Source: Phaeosaccion multiseriatum (Eukaryota; Protista; Ochrophyta, other classes). From it: a stretch of 64,000 bases of DNA. Shown piece after piece: positions 26,624 to 47,697 of this stretch (the first letter of the stretch is position 1; every line of letters begins with the position of its first letter). The translations under genes and the position numbers were made by a program. Location: positions 434,001 through 498,000 of the forward strand of contig OZ218956.1 of NCBI GenBank assembly GCA_965112735.1. Reading direction: 5' to 3'. Under the pieces are notes generated by a model that had not been told where the DNA came from, made no database searches, and was given only the letters and a program-made list of their open reading frames with translations.

Positions 26624-27307
26624 ACAACATTGGTTCACGACGATTTTGACGTTTGGGGCTCGACATTAGAAGTCGATCTCCATGAACCTCGACATTGAGC
26701 TACGATTGTACTTGGCCTTAAGCCTGCCTTGCGTGGCGACTTCTGCTACCACTCTTGCTGCATGCCTTCGGTTTTGCTTACCTCCCATTTTTTTCCTCAC
26801 CTCTGTCTTGAATATGAATTTGAGCACGACACTCCCTCGTTCCCCACCACTCCCCATCCTTCCCCTCCGTGTGCAATTCGATACCCCGTCCGATACGCTG
26901 TGGAGCACAACACATCCCTTCCACCGCTACAAGTACTACAAATAGTGTCCCCTCCCTCCATCCATCCATCCCTCCCTCCCTCCTCCCTCCATCCATCCAT
27001 CCCTTCCTCCATCCCTCGCTCCATCCCTCGCTCCTTCACTTCCGCACCCTCCCGCCTACGTATCTCAGTAGCGGGGGTGGCGCTTCGGCGTGAAGCAAAA
27101 GGGCTTCGTTACGGAACAAGACGCTCGACAGCATAGGACCACGTGCCACTCGTCTCTGTGATTCTGTCATCTGTGATTCGTCGAATGACCACCACACCAC
27201 ACTAGAACCGCCACAACAAAACACAGAAAGCCAGACATGACCCATGGTACCTGCTTTCTGCCTCGCTGCCTCCTCTACCCCTCCTCTACTCCTCCTCTCT
27301 TCACTCT

Positions 27308-33659
<6,352 letters not shown>

Positions 33660-34246
33660 CGTCTTTCTCTTGGACTATGCTTCTCTTGCTGGATACTTAT
33701 CGTCCGCGCATGCTCCTGCGTCTGAAGGCAGGTCTACCGATACTACCTGTTGCTGTGAAGGGTGAGGGTGATGGTCCTGGGCGCGGCTTGCCCCAACACT
33801 CCTTCCTCCTCTCAGCGCAAGGACAAACAGAAATTACCAAAAAACAGAAAATGAAACGTCGAAAGAGTGGTTCCGAGCGGAGAACTAACTTTCTCGTTTC
33901 CTGTGGAGGAGGAGGCCTAAAAATCAGGCCCTACAATGTATGTGTTAAGTTAAGTAGTTGATACATTTAATTAAAATTCTAAGGTGCACTTCGCAGTGGC
34001 AGGGAGGAAAGGAAGGCACCCCCCCGCCCATCTATCTATCCCTTTCCAGATGCACCCAAACCAGGAGTCTATAATAAACTGGTCGCACTCGTCCGGGCTC
34101 CTGCTACTCCTGCGTCTATCTGTCTGTCAGTCAGTCAGACGGCCCCTCCCTCTAAACTGTCTGCCACGTCTTGTCATTCCGCCAGCAAACCGCCACCGTC
34201 TTTCCCTCCCTCTCCACACACATCAATCCATCCCACTCTCAACCCT

Positions 34247-37200
34247 CTACTGCTCGGGTCCAACTCCGACGTTCACGTCAACCTTCTTGTTGGTAACACG
34301 CTCGTAGATTTCTCGCAGCTTGAGGGCCACCAGCGTCTGCAGGAAGCCGGTTCCGTTGTTGGAGCCGGGCGAGTCACTGAGCTTGAGCAGGTTCTGGGTG
34401 AGCTCTCCATAGAACTTGGTGCCAATGTTGGACAGGTGGGACTCCACGTAGATGAGCTCCTGCAAGTTGTCGAACTGACCGTCCATCTCGAGCACGGAAA
34501 CCTGTGGGGAATACGCGATAGGTAAATGGAGAAGGGTTGTTGGTGAGGAAGCACTTCCAGTCTCGGCAGCCCAAAGGCGCAGGGCAGGCTCTACTTGACT
34601 GGAGTTGGAAATTCTTCTTCTCTTCTCCGGGAGATACCAGTGCACACTCTTTGCAACTCTCTCTCTCTCTCTCTCGCTCTCTAAGAGTGGCTTGACTGGG
34701 CAGCCCCACCTCACTAAAGAGACTCCTGCGCAACCCAAAGGCCCGATACAGCCCCCCCCCCATCTCTCTCTTCTCACCTCGTGGTCGTAGTACGTGTCGG
34801 GGCCGTACGCGAACTTGATGCCCGGGAAGGAGCAAGTCAGCTTGCGTCCGCAGGGCACCCACGAGATGGTGGAGCCCTCGTCGAAGAGGTAGGCAGGGTC
34901 GAAGTTGGACACGCCCTCCTTCTGGATAAGGCGGGTTCTGAGGATCTTGCCTGGAGGGTGGAGCGGAAGGCAAGGGACGGAGTGCGTGCGTGTGTGTGTG
35001 TGTGTTAGGAGCGTGGATAGGCCAGCAGAAAGTGGGAGGCGTGTACCACCCGTGGAGAAGGGAGGTAAGGGAAGGTAAAGACTGGAAACCGCTTCCTCGG
35101 CCTGTCCTCTGATTGATTGATCGACTGAATGGCTGACTGTCAGACAGAAATCTCATTGTAGAATGACCCCAGTGCTGCTCGTGAAAGCAAGCGTCGTGAA
35201 GGTATGAATTGGTAATCACTCAGTCAGCCAAGCAGGCAGGCAGTCGGTGACCTAAGCCAGCAAGCCAGGCCTGCTCTGCTGCAACACACAGAGCACAGAA
35301 ACCCCTCCACCCCCCTCCTTCGCACCTCGTCTCGTGACCCCACACTCCACCCCCTCCTCTACCTCACTCCCTCACTCACCCTCATTGTCGTCGGGGATGA
35401 GCTCCGTGGGCAGCACCTGAATGACGCAGTCCGAGTCGGCTCTTTGCGGGGCGATGAAGTTGTCGAAGTCGGGCTTGCGTGCCTCAATGGATTCCTTGAT
35501 GGACTCGAGGCTGTGGCCTCGCTCCATCATGTCCCTCTGAATCTTCCACGCGAACTTGATCTCGTCGGAGATGTCCAGGTAGATGGTGAAGTCGAGCAAG
35601 TCACGCACTCGCTTGTCCACGAAGGGGTGGAGGCCCTCAATGATGACAATGGGGGTGGGTTGGATCGTCTCGGGGGCGTCGAGGGTGCCGTTGACGTGGT
35701 TGTAAATGGGCTTCTCGATGGCCTTCCCATCCTTGAGGTCCTTGAGCTGCTCGTACATGAGGTCGAACTTCTGCTCATCCGTGTGGAGGGCAGTGCGGCC
35801 GGACTCCTGACAAGAGGGAAAGGGAAAGAGGGCAAGACGAGTGGGTGGGTGTCAGGTACGTTTCTTTTGTCCTGTGAGGGATTCATTGGTGTATAAACAA
35901 TCGAAGGAGAGGAGGGGCGGTGTTTGCCACATTAACCCCCCCCCAACAAGGGCGTCGACCCCTCTCATATATCGTACCCCCCCGTGCGCTTCAGTAAGAG
36001 TGGCCCGTCCCTCCCGCGCCCACGCAGCAGCCAGCAAGCGCAACCTGCGGAATATGCGGCTGGGACGCTTGCCAAACTGCGGCGTGCCGGGCCGTTTCTC
36101 CTTCCCAACTTCTCTTGTTGCCCGAGCCTCCCTGTCTGTCGGTCTCTCCTCGTCCTCACAACACAAGCGCACGGTCAGCACCATCCTGTTGGCTGACTGC
36201 TGCCTTCTCGCCAACCTAGCAGCCAAACGGACCCCATGGAGCAGCCAGAATCAGGCTCTTTTCTCTCCTCTGGCGGCATGACCGAATACGCAGACTGCTA
36301 GCATGAATGCTCGCTAAAGTGCCTCCCCTCGGCATGCCTCAGTGAGCGTCGCCACTTCTTCTTCATCATCATCACCATCAAAACCCATCGTATCTAGGGA
36401 GGGAGCTGCTGCTCTGTTGGTTCTCTTACCTTGCGTCCGCCACGGTCGTTGAGATGGTAGTCATCGAGGCAGATGACGGTGGTCAAGTCCGACACCAGTG
36501 TGTTGGTTTCCCAGCCGCCATTGTCGTGTCCACCTCCCAGAGGGCCCACCTGCGCACCTCCGAAGATGCTGGTCAGTCTTCGCATGAAGGTCGACTTTCC
36601 GCACCCGCTGTCTGCTGCCACACCGATCACAACCACCTGAAGAAGGAAAAAGGTTGGAATGCATAATTCGGGGGCAGAGGGTCGTCGGGTCAAGTGGGTG
36701 TCCGATTGTGTGCGTAAGAAAAGCGACTCGGACCGGCGGAAAGGCCGCAACACATGCAAGAGAGCACTTCATGAATGCGTTTGACCGTGGACAATGGTCG
36801 TCCGTCCGTCCAGTGCAAAGATATGCGCCAAGAGGAAAAACAATGCAAGTAGGGCTCGCGTGGAGGCAAATTGTGCCCGTTTCTTCCTAGACGTCCTCTG
36901 CAAATTTGCTGCGCCCCAATCACCCCATCAAAAACTCGGCACTGGCCCACAAGCGCGTGCATGAGCCACAAAAGATGACGTATGCTTGTCACCCGCACAT
37001 AAGCCTCCGCATCGTCCCCGCAACTCCACACGGGGAACGCGCAAGGCTTGACACATCAACCCTGTGCACTGCCCCCCCCTTCTCTACCCGCGCGGCGGCT
37101 GGCCTCACCTTCTCGTCCTCGCCCAACTTCATGCTCATGGCATGGTTGACAGCTGATCCGCGTGCTCCCCTCGCCGTGGAGACCTGCACTCCGCGGCCAG

Positions 37201-37279
37201 TGAAGGCGCTCAGCTGAGGAGCAACGAAGGCCTGGGCAGACCCCACCGCGAGGGCAATCGCGCACACCTTGGCAATCAT
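34247..37279 (-). CDS. PRK: Phosphoribulokinase, plastid-targeted; 5 exons
   Basis: Presequence MIAKVCAIALAVGSAQA-FVAP. Motifs IGVAADSGCGKSTFMRR, ICLDDYH, KPIYNHVNG, IEGLHP, WKIQRDM.ERGH, FDPAYLFDEGSTISW.PCGRKLTCSFPGI, PGSNNGTGFLQT. Exons ~37279-37109, 36637-36430, 35807-35380, 34950-34778, 34501-34247. Confidence 0.97.
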
Positions 37280-37467
37280 GGTCAGCAACAGACAGAGATG
37301 AACAGAGACTGCAAAAAAAAGAGGGGTCGAGAACAGCTCACGGCCTTGACCCCAGCAATTTTTCAACGCCGGCGAGAGAGCAGTTTCGAACCCGCGCCGA
37401 CGAGAGATATTTTCTTTCCTTCGCCGCAAGCTGCTTCTCTCGGTAGGATTTGAGAATGAAGGGAGGC

Positions 37468-37498
<31 letters not shown>

Positions 37499-38021
37499 GA
37501 CGAAAAGAAGGGTGAACATCTCCAGCAGCGGCCTGAACAGGAGCAGTGCATATCCTGCGCGGGGCATCTACGGCTGCGACATATGACTCGGTAGAAGGTG
37601 AGGAGCGCTCTTAAGTCTCCAAGCCACAGCACTGTGGTCCCTCTCGCCGCGCATTTCCTGGAGCTGCTACGCCCCGATCGGCCCGCCTTGCCCGTGATTT
37701 ATGAGCCTATGCCTATCCTCGGCTGTCCCCTTACGCTTCCCTTCCTTTGCCCTGTCGGTTCTATTTTTGCATGAACGCCGCCAAAGGAGGACTTGAGCTG
37801 CGAGCAATCGAGGTGGGGAGCATTCGAGAGGTGACGGATTAAACTCGTCCCTTTGTGGGCAGTTAAACGCGAGGGGGGGGGTACACTGTTGAGGCAGACG
37901 ATGCGAACGTAGGTCATCGCCGCGGGGCAACCATTGCCCTCTCTTCTTCCTTCTTGAAGGAGTAGCGAATATCTGCCCGGAGAGGGAAGACCAAGGACAA
38001 AGCAAGATAAGCCAACAGCAA

Positions 38022-40144
38022 ATGTCGGGCGGCGGCGTGATTGACGACGACTTCTTGGATGGGGTCATGGATTGGGACGTGGGGGTGGGGGGGGGCATGC
38101 TCGGAGACGAGGCTGGGGCGGGGGACGACCAGCAGCAAATGGGCCTCAAGGGGGGTTTGCGAGGCCAGGCCGCCATGATATCGTCCAACGATATCTACGG
38201 CCTCGGGGAATGTGGCGACGAGGAGGAGGAAGACGACGAGGGTGCACAGGGCGGTGGCGGTATGGCCTTCGGGGGGGCGGCGATGCTCCCGATTGGTGCG
38301 GGGGGAGGCGCGCCTGCTCCGGCCGCGGAAAGGCCGGCTGCCCCGAACGGGACCTCCATTGTCGTCCCGGTAGTCAAGAAGAGGAAGAGGAGCGGGCTCA
38401 CGCAGGAGGAGCGGGCGAAGCAGAATCGGGATAGGAACAGGTGAGCCACAGCAGAGTCGGGCTTACCGTTGGGAATGGTGGATATTTTTGTTTGGGTACA
38501 TGTGGGTGTGTGTGTCTGTCATGCCCTGCCGGCCATGTGCTTTTATTTGGTTGTGTGTGTATGTATGTATGTATGTATGTATGTATGTATGTATGTATGT
38601 ATGTATGTCTGCATGTATGTAAGTGTGTGCATGTGTATGTACGTATATATGTGTGTGTACCGCGCCAGAACACATGCGAGTCTGGCCGCTGCTGCCCCTC
38701 TTGGAACCGCCAGCGCGCGCACTCCTCTCCGGTTGTCAGTTGGTTGTCGATGCACTACGATTTAGTGCCCCCTGACTAACCCAAGCACCACTCCTGTCCC
38801 TCCCTCCTTCCCTTCCCAGAGAGCACGCACGCAACACTCGGCTACGCAAGAAGAAGTACGTGGAGGACCTCAAAGACCAGGTATGTATGTAGGTAGGTAT
38901 GTATGTAGGTAGGTAGGTAGGTATGTAGGTATGTATGTAGGTATGTATGTATTTATGTATGCATGTAGGTAGGTATGTATGTAGGGAAAGAAGGAAGAAT
39001 GTATGCATGTGTGTGTGTGAGAGAGAGACGGCGTGCATGATGTATGATACGGGAGAGGGAGAGAGGTCTGTTGGCGTGCCTGCGTTTGGCAGCAGCCCCT
39101 TGCCGCTCCTCCCCTCATATCAGGCCGGCTCGTAATGACAGGGCACGCACCGCACGCATTTTTTTGGTTTGGTAATGAAGAAGGGGTTTGTCTGATCATG
39201 AGGGAGGGATGTCGCCGATGACCAACGCGCCGCCAAATAAATGGACATGTAGTTGGTCGTACATATAATGTATGTCTTGAGGAGAGAGGGCGCGGACCGT
39301 CTGGGCCTTGAGCGTGCAGCCAGTCCTCCAAAGCATCAGCAAAGGACGGAAGAAAGGGAGGGCGTGAGCGAGAGGGAGAGCACGTGCAAGCACCACTCGG
39401 TCACACCAAACTTATGCCCTAACTAACTACCCGGTCACACCAACTTATGCCCTAACTAACTACCCGGTGCTCGATACTACTCCCCCCCCCCACCCCCCCC
39501 TCCTTCTCTGTCCAGGTGCAAGAGCTTGTGTCTGCCAAGGCTAAGGAGGAGGTGGAGCGCATGCAGGAGCAATCGTCCCTCGCCACCCTGAAGAACACCA
39601 GAATCAAGGTGGGATGGGGTGGGGCCTGTAGCTCATTTTGACAGAGCTGTTGTGATTAGAGAGCATTTGTTTTTATGCTATACTCTCCCTCACTCTGAGA
39701 TACCCAGCAACCTGACTCTGACCCTCTTCACGATCCCCACCCCTACGAAATATTATTTTGTTCCCCATCTTCAGATTTTGGAGGCCTTCTTGGAGTACCG
39801 CGGCGCTGGAGAAGGGAGTCGGGCTAAGTGGGAGACCGTTCTGGAGCCGGGCTTCAAAATGCACCTGCCCATGACACCATACCGCACCTACCCGGGAGGA
39901 GAGATTCTGGCGGCAGAGGGGGGAGGAGGAGTAGGAGGAGGAGGAGGAGGGGAAGCAATATTAGGGTCGATACCGGCAGCACCAGCAGGGGCGGTGTCAG
40001 CAATAGCACCAGGAGGACAGGCAGTAGCAGCAGCGCCAGGAGTAATACTAGCATCGTCGATAGGGGGACAAGGAGGAGGAGGATCACTAGTGGCGGCCCC
40101 TGGCGGAGCACCACCACCGCCCGGAGCAGTTGGTGCTACAACAG

Positions 40145-40175
<31 letters not shown>

Positions 40176-41317
40176 CGCCGCAGCCGCTGCTGCTGCTGGC
40201 GACGGCCACTGCGTGCGGGTGGTGCGCGGCGTTGAAGGCGTATGCGCGGACGCGCTGAGCCTCAAGGCCTTAGCCGAGAGCCTGGTGCCGCCACCCCTGT
40301 CCACCGGCGACGCGAAGGAGGACTCGGCGAATGCACGGAGGTGGAGCAGCGCCGTCAAGAAGGTGCGTGCGTGCATGTGCGTGCGTGTGTGTGTGTGTGT
40401 GCGCGCGTGGGGACGGCCCGGGGCTGGGCTCAGACTTGCCTCTCGGGAGAGGGGTTAGGTTGGGCCCTGTCTGCCTTTCCGTCAGCCTTGTCTGCCTTTC
40501 CGTCCGCCCTGTCTGCCTTTCCGTCCGCCCTGTCTGCCTTTCCGTCCGCGCTCTCCGAGTCTCCGAGAGGGGGTGTGAAGTGAATATTTTTCTTCACGTT
40601 TCTCTCTTGTCTCTCCTCTCTCGTGTACTCCTCGCACTCACTCCCTTGCGGCATGCCCCTTTGGTAACCGTAGGCGCGTTTCCGCTTCTCGCTATCGGGG
40701 AAGCTCTTCTCCAACGGGGAGGAGTTTATGTGTGGATTCACCGCCGTCAGTGAGCATGACATGCAGCAGCACCAGGGGGGGCAGCAAAGGGCAGAGCCAC
40801 GTGTCTGCCGGGTGGAAGGGTCCCTTCGATGTTCCTTCTCCCAGACCACCAATAAGGTTCGTGTGCGTGCGTGCGTGTAGGCGTGCGTGTGGGAGTGTAT
40901 CTTCTTTCTAATCTTTGCAGGCCAATCGTTGGTGGTCCTTGGCGACGACTCGACTCGTCGGCGCACCTACTCACCCACCCACCACTCCCCCCGTGTGGCC
41001 CTCGCACCTCGCAGCTGGAGCATGTGAACATTACCTTCGACGTCAACGCAGCCATGGGCCAGCTCGGAAGGTGGGCCCCTGCGGCGGCCCAATCAGGACT
41101 AGCAGGAGCGGCGCAGTCCCATTCGACTGATCGAGTGGTGAAGAAGGAGGAGGATGTGCCGAACAAGGCGCACAAGGAGTCCGTGCTGCGAAGTGTCATC
41201 GACGACCTCAATGCCAAGAGGGTAAGTCAGGCAGGCAGGGCAGTTGGTGCTACACCGCGGCCAGGAGGAGGGAGGACGCGGAGCCGCGCCGGTTGGAGGC
41301 GTAGTGTGTGCGTGACA

Positions 41318-41362
<45 letters not shown>

Positions 41363-42511
41363 GTGTGTTGCCCTTGTTGGGCTCGCTTTGAACGTGTCCG
41401 TCCACATGTGCGCGCTCTTGTTCCATTCCCTCTTCATCGCTCCACGCGTCGCAGGTGAGCAGCACTGTGCTGAATGAGGTCGAGCAAGCGGTTGACGGAA
41501 GCACCGCCTCCTCCTCCACCTCACGCTACTACTTGCGCTTCTACCCCGTCACCGACGAAGCGGCAACAGGGGCGGGAGCAGGGGGAGGGGAAGGAGGAGA
41601 AGGAGGAGGAGAAGGAGGAGGAGGAGGAGAAGGAGGAGGAGCGGCAGGAGGAGGAGCAGCAGCAGCGGCGGCGGCAGGGGGGGGCGGCGGGCGAGGAGGA
41701 GGAGACACACACTTCAGGGGGCTGCTGAAGAGGATCGACGACGGAGATGCACAAGAGAGGGAGAGGGAGGCGGAGGAGACGCAGGGCGGAGACGGAGCAG
41801 TGCAGGCGATGTTGAGCAAGCTGACGGCTACCCCGCAGGGCGGAGACGGAGCAGTGCAGGCGATGTTGAGCAAGCTGACGGCTACCCCCGGCCCCACGCT
41901 GGCTGCTCCCAATCTGCTGCCGATGGCCAATCCTACCCTTGCGCCGGGGAGTCTCGCGAGGGTTAAGGAGGAGGACCCGGCATCCGCGTCGGGCTTCACC
42001 ACGACCTCTAGGTGTGTGTTGTCTGTTCATTCTTTGTGTGTGTGTGGGGGGGGGTGCCTTTTTTTTCGAGTCTGGAGATGGTGGGGGACGTAACGGGTAA
42101 CACATGAAGCTTCTCGATCCATGGGCTCGTCTGAGCTTCCCCTTACTCTCCCTCCCGTTCTTGTTCGAATCGACTCACTCTCTTTTTTTCTTTCTCACTC
42201 TGTGCTTCCTCGTGCGCTTGCTGCGCAATGTCTTCCATTGCAGCTGCAGCCTCAGCGACAGCTCTCGCTTCGACGACGCCACTGGGGGCTTCACAACCCA
42301 GCCAAGTGACGCAGACGAAGAGGACCCAAGCGAGAGAGCCGGGCTGGGGGGAGCTGCGGGAGGGGCAGAGAAGAAAGCGGACGCCACTGCTTCTCGAGTA
42401 CGCGCACCAACAGTGGCGACGACGGCAGCAGGAGCGCGCGGAGGGCGGGGCGGGAGGAAGAAGGAGGTCGTGGGTGCTTCACCTCAGCGCAAGGCGGGCA
42501 GCGGGCAGTAG
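38022..42511 (+). CDS. bZIP transcription factor (stramenopile-type, with C-terminal extension)
   Basis: Spliced basic region EERAKQNRDRNR|EHARNTRLRKKKYVEDLKDQ|VQEL, then ILEAFLEYR...WETVLEPGFKMHLPMTPYR. Exons after ~41000 are less certain. Confidence 0.8.
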
Positions 42512-43553
42512 GAGGAGGAAAAGGGCTCAAGTAACTGTCGGGCGGGGCTGAGTGTGCGGCGCTGTCCATGGGAGATGGGAGGGCGGTGTGGCTGTGCCCA
42601 CCCCGCTTGACACTTGTCGCACTTTTGACATCGTCACACTTGACACTGGAAACTGCATGTATGATAGACTTGGGGTTTTTTTTGCGGCGGAAACTGTCGC
42701 CACGAAGGGAAGGCGCGAGTGGATGGGGGCCTTCTCTTTGCGATCCTTGCTCTTCGTAAAGGGGACTTGGAACGGACGCCACGGCTCGCCGATGCTGGGC
42801 GATGCCGGAAGAAGGTGGGACGGACGGAGGGAGGGAGGGAGGGAGGGAGGGAGGTAGGCACCATGGACGGGTTTGGAGGGCGTCTCTTTTTGGGGCGGTC
42901 GCAAGCTGCGTCTACTCTCCACGTTGTCGCTGAGCGACGAAGGAGGGGAGTGGAGCGAGTGGTAAGGCCGTTTCTCAATGGGACGGAAGGAGGGAGGATT
43001 GGGTAGGAGGGGAGACGAATATACACATACAAGCGCACAGGCCTAGGGGGAGAATACGAGGCTGGCGGTGGTGAGCTTTAGTGGCTCCTGTTGGGGAGTG
43101 GATGGGCAGGGCTTATGGAGGGACGGGGTGGAACTAAGGGTAGTGCGTAGGTACACAAAGTACGACGTAGAGGACAAGCACACGGGAGGTGGAACTGGAA
43201 CTGGACACTGACTGCACCCTCACCTGCTCGGCAAAGGGTACGAAGCGAGCAGGCTGATAGGGAAGGGGTCTGTTTGGTTGCTGGGGTGGGTGGGCAAGTA
43301 AGGCAGTAGAAAGGGCGAGGGTCGCGAGGAGTGTGCTCTCCACCCCTGGGAAGAAACAGTGGGGCTTGGGGCAATGCTTTTTTTGGAAGTAGCAAAGGTG
43401 TGTGTGTGTATGTATGACAACACGCGCACGAAGTTCGAAGGAGACTCATATTTTACACACATGTTGTAGGCCCGAAGGGGCGAGACAGAGCAAAGACATT
43501 AGGCGAGTAGCTTAGGCTAGTAGCTAAGGAAGGAAGGAAACTAGAGAGGGGGC

Positions 43554-43589
<36 letters not shown>

Positions 43590-43813
43590 ATGGGCCTCGG
43601 CGTACCGCGCGCGCAGTAGGATAGGATAGGATAGTAAGCGGCTGTAGCACGAGTGTGTCGTTCGTTCTCCCATTGGGGGCCCGTACGCACTCTTGGAATC
43701 TCTTATTTAGCTCTACACTTGCGGTGCGGGTATATAAATAAAGCTAGGTAACACTCCTCGCGTCAAGTCAGGCCATGAGACCATTGGTCGCTTTCACTGT
43801 AGGGCCATCACCG

Positions 43814-45710
43814 TCACCCCCCAGCACCTCCGCTGCTGGGCCCGCTATCGTCAGCAGCAGCAGCAGCACCACCACCACCACCACCAGCATCATCATCGCC
43901 AACAGCGGCGGTCTTGCTTTCTGCTTTGTCTTCTGCTACCACCGGTACGACCGCACTCCCGGCCCCCACGCCTTGCGGAGTAGTGGCAGCAACCGTTGCA
44001 GTGTCGTCGTGCTTGTCGTCGGCCTCCACTTGGACTACAACCCCTCGCCCACCCCCACTCGGGGGCGGGGCGTCCTTCTCACACATGGCCTTGAGGAGCT
44101 TGTCGTTGTAGGCCACAACGTCCAGCACGCTCTCAAAGCACACGGAGCTCCCTATCCAGAACGTGCGGTTCTGAATGAATGGGTGAGTGAGTGCGCGCAA
44201 CCGTGGGTGAGGGAGGGAATGAGTGAGTGAGTGAGTGAGTGAGTGAGTGAGTGAGTGAGTGAGTGAGTGAGTGACGCACCTTGCCCTGGAGACGCAGGAT
44301 CTTCCAAGGGTTGCCTTTCTTCAGGCCCTTGGCGGTGAAGCGGGGCATGTAGGACCAGGGCTGCTGCTCGAGCACTTTCACGCCCGTCTCCCCCACGCCC
44401 TCCAGGTCCTTCAGCAGCTGGTCCTTCAGCCTGTCGCCATCGGCGTCCTGCAGCGCGCGACCTAGATACTGATACGCTACTCTGTACTCTGGGTCCTGCG
44501 TGCCTGCGTCTTTGCCCTGCACGGCCAGTCTGCTATTGCGGTGCAGATACATCCTGCCCTCCACCCCGGGACCGTCTCTCGCCTCGTCAGGTCGCATCCT
44601 CGCCGGCCACAGCTCCACGGCATGCTCGTGCTCCACCGGCGAGGCTTGGTACAAGGTGGTTGACAGCACCGATGACTCGTAGTCCGCAAAGACCAGCTCC
44701 TCCTCGTCGGTGAGGTCCGCCACGGTGTTGAGATAGCGAGAGAGGTCGATGGCCATGATCAGGCGGTCGCAGGTCACCGTCTCTAGGCGACCGTTCTTGA
44801 GGTACACCACCTTCGGCTTTCCGTTACGCTTGCCGAGGTTCCTGTTGGCCGATGCCACCCGCGCCCCAGTGATAACGTTGAAGGAGCCATCCACACTGGC
44901 CTTGAGCTGGGCCGCCACCATGGCCTCCCACAGGCTCTGATAGCCCTTGCTGAGCACAGTCACGCCGCTCTCACCCTTGAGAATCTGGCCCACGAGGCCC
45001 GACAAGAGGTCGGGATGTATCCACCACAGCATGTACAGCGCAGGCAGGTCCTCCAGCACACCGTATCCCTGCGCTTGCTGTGCGTAGCGGAGCAGGCCCT
45101 CCAGCACCAGAAGGTTGTTCTTCTCCAGGTACTCGAACGCGCTCATGTCGATCTTTTTGAATTTCTTGGGCTTGGGTGGTACTCCGTACAGGTGGTACTC
45201 TCCAAACTGCTGCTGGTGCAGTTTTCGGTAGTGGTCGATCCCAGAGAGGATTCTCCCGCATTGGAGGAAGTCTGGGCAGCAGCTCATGCAGCGCTTGGGC
45301 AGCTCAGATGACTCCTCGGCCTTGGCGTACACCCAGTCGCCGAACTCCTGTCCATTGGTAAAGTCCTCGTCGTTCCCCCCCTTCAAGTCCGATCCGAACA
45401 CCTTTCTCACCCCTTCTCCTCCCAGCGGCAGCTCCACATTATCGCTATCGTACTTCCGCAACAGTTCCCTGATGGGCCCGTAGAGCTTATGTAGATAGCA
45501 GGTTCCCAGCTCGTGCCGAACCCCGTCCGGGCCTTGCCTGGTCATCGACTTGCCACCCACCCTCTCCTCCGCCTCGATGAGAGTCACCTTCTTCAGCCCC
45601 ATCTGCGCGAGCGAGACGGCCATATGCACCCCTGCAGGCCCACCCCCCACCACAACCACCTCTTTGGTCTTGTCCAAGTAGCATTTTGACTGCCTCTTGA
45701 GCACACCCAT
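43814..45710 (-). CDS. FAD-dependent oxidoreductase, polyunsaturated fatty acid isomerase (PAI)-like / amine-oxidase fold; copy A, single intron
   Basis: [54 protein letters not shown]|[22 protein letters not shown]. One (TCAC)n intron at ~44172-44279. The stop could be ~43768 if a G-run is one base too long. Confidence 0.8.
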
Positions 45711-46007
45711 CTTGCTGGAGCAAGGGCGGTGAGAGAGAACGAACAGAGGGCTTCGCCGTTACCCGCTGTCCGCCGTCGGAGATTTTTTCTCGCCCCAACA
45801 CACAAACACGAAACCCCCCCTTTCTTTCTTTGGTGATGCCTCGCCTCCCCCCTATTCACCTTCCTCTTCCGAGGGCGCCCAAGTCCGAAGCACCACCTTC
45901 TACAATTGTAAAGCATCATAAAGTGATACCCCCCCCCCCCCATTTTTCCTTCCCCTTAAGGGATAATACTCGTGGTTGAGGAGAGGCAAGCGCCCCTGCC
46001 CAGCAAG

Positions 46008-47658
46008 ATGGGTCTGGCTGTTCAACAAGAGGAAGTCAAAATGCAAAATGCTTGGACAAGAAAAAGTCGGAGTCGCAGGGGTGATATGGCCGTCTCGCTC
46101 GCGCAGATGGGGCTGAAGAAGGTGACTCTCATCGAGGCGGAGGCGAGGGTGGGCGGCAAGTCGACGACCACGCAACGCCCGCACGGGGTGAGAGCGGCGT
46201 GACTGTGCTTAGCAAGGGCTATCAGAGCCTGTGGGAGGCCATGGTGGCGGCCCAGTTCAAGGCCAGGAATACTGCGGCGCGGGTGGCATCGGCCAAGAGG
46301 AACCTCGGCACGCGCAAGGAAGGCCCAAGGTGGTGTACCTCAAGTACGGTCGCCTAGAGACGGTGACCTGCGACCGCCTGATCATGGCCATCGACCTCTC
46401 TCGCTATCTCAACACCGTGGCGGACCTCACCGACGAGGAGGAGCTGGTCTTTTGCGGACTACGAGTCATCGGTGCTGTCAACCACCTTGTACCAAGCCTC
46501 GCCGGTGGAGCACGAGCATGCCGTGGAGCTGTGGCCGGCGACGATGCGACCCGACGAGGCGAGAGACGGTCCCGGGGTGGAGGGCAGGATGTATCTGCAC
46601 CGCAATAGCAGACTGGCCGTGCAGGGCAAAGACGCAGGCACGCAGGACCCAGAGTACAGAGTAGCGTATCAGTATCTAGGTCGCGCGCTGCAGGACGCCG
46701 ACGGCGACAGGCTGAAGGACCAGCTGCTGAAGGACCTGGAGGGCGTGGGGGAGACGGGCGTGAAAGTGCTCGAGCAGCAGCCCTGGTCCTACATGCCCCG
46801 CTTCACCGTCAAGGGCCTGAAGAAAGGCAACCCTTGGAAGATCCTGCGTCTCCAGGGCAAGGTGCGTCACTCACTCATGCACTCACTCATGCACTCACTC
46901 ACTCACTCACTCACTCACTCACTCACTCACTCACTCACTCACTCACTCACTCACTCACTCACTCACTCACTCACTCACTCACTCACTCACTCACTCACTC
47001 ACTCACTCACTCACTCACTCACTCACTCACTCACTCACTCACTCACTCACTCACTCACTCACTCACTCACTCACTCACTCATTCCCTCCCTCACCCACGG
47101 TGGCGCGCACTCACTCACCCATTCATTCAGAACCGCACGTTCTGGATAGGGAGCTCTGTGTGCTTTGAGAGCGTGCTGGACGTTGTGGCCTACAACGACA
47201 AGCTCCTCAAGGCCATGTGTGAGAAGGACGCCCCGTTCCCGAGTGGGGGTGGGCGAGGGGTGGTAGTCCAAGTGGAGGCCGACGACAAGCACACGGACAC
47301 CGTTCCACTTGCTACCACACCCCCCTCCCCCGATATTCACACGGACACAGCTGCGAGTGCTCCCACTACTCGGCACGGCGTTGAAGCGGAGAGCGTGGCA
47401 GCACCAGTGGAAACAGAACATCATCTTCACGCGGAGACTGCTACGATCCCTGCCACTGCTCTGCACGTCGTGGGGGTGGGGAGTGGATCAGCACCGGCGG
47501 GAGCAGAGGATGGAAGAAGCAGAAGACAAGCCGGCCGATGTTAGCATTTCATCTACTGCTACTGCTGCTGCTGCTGGTGGTGGTCGTGCTGCTAGTGCTG
47601 GTGCTGTGGAGGACAAAAGCAAAAGACAAGGCGGTCGATGTTAGCATTTCATCTACTG

Positions 47659-47697
<39 letters not shown>

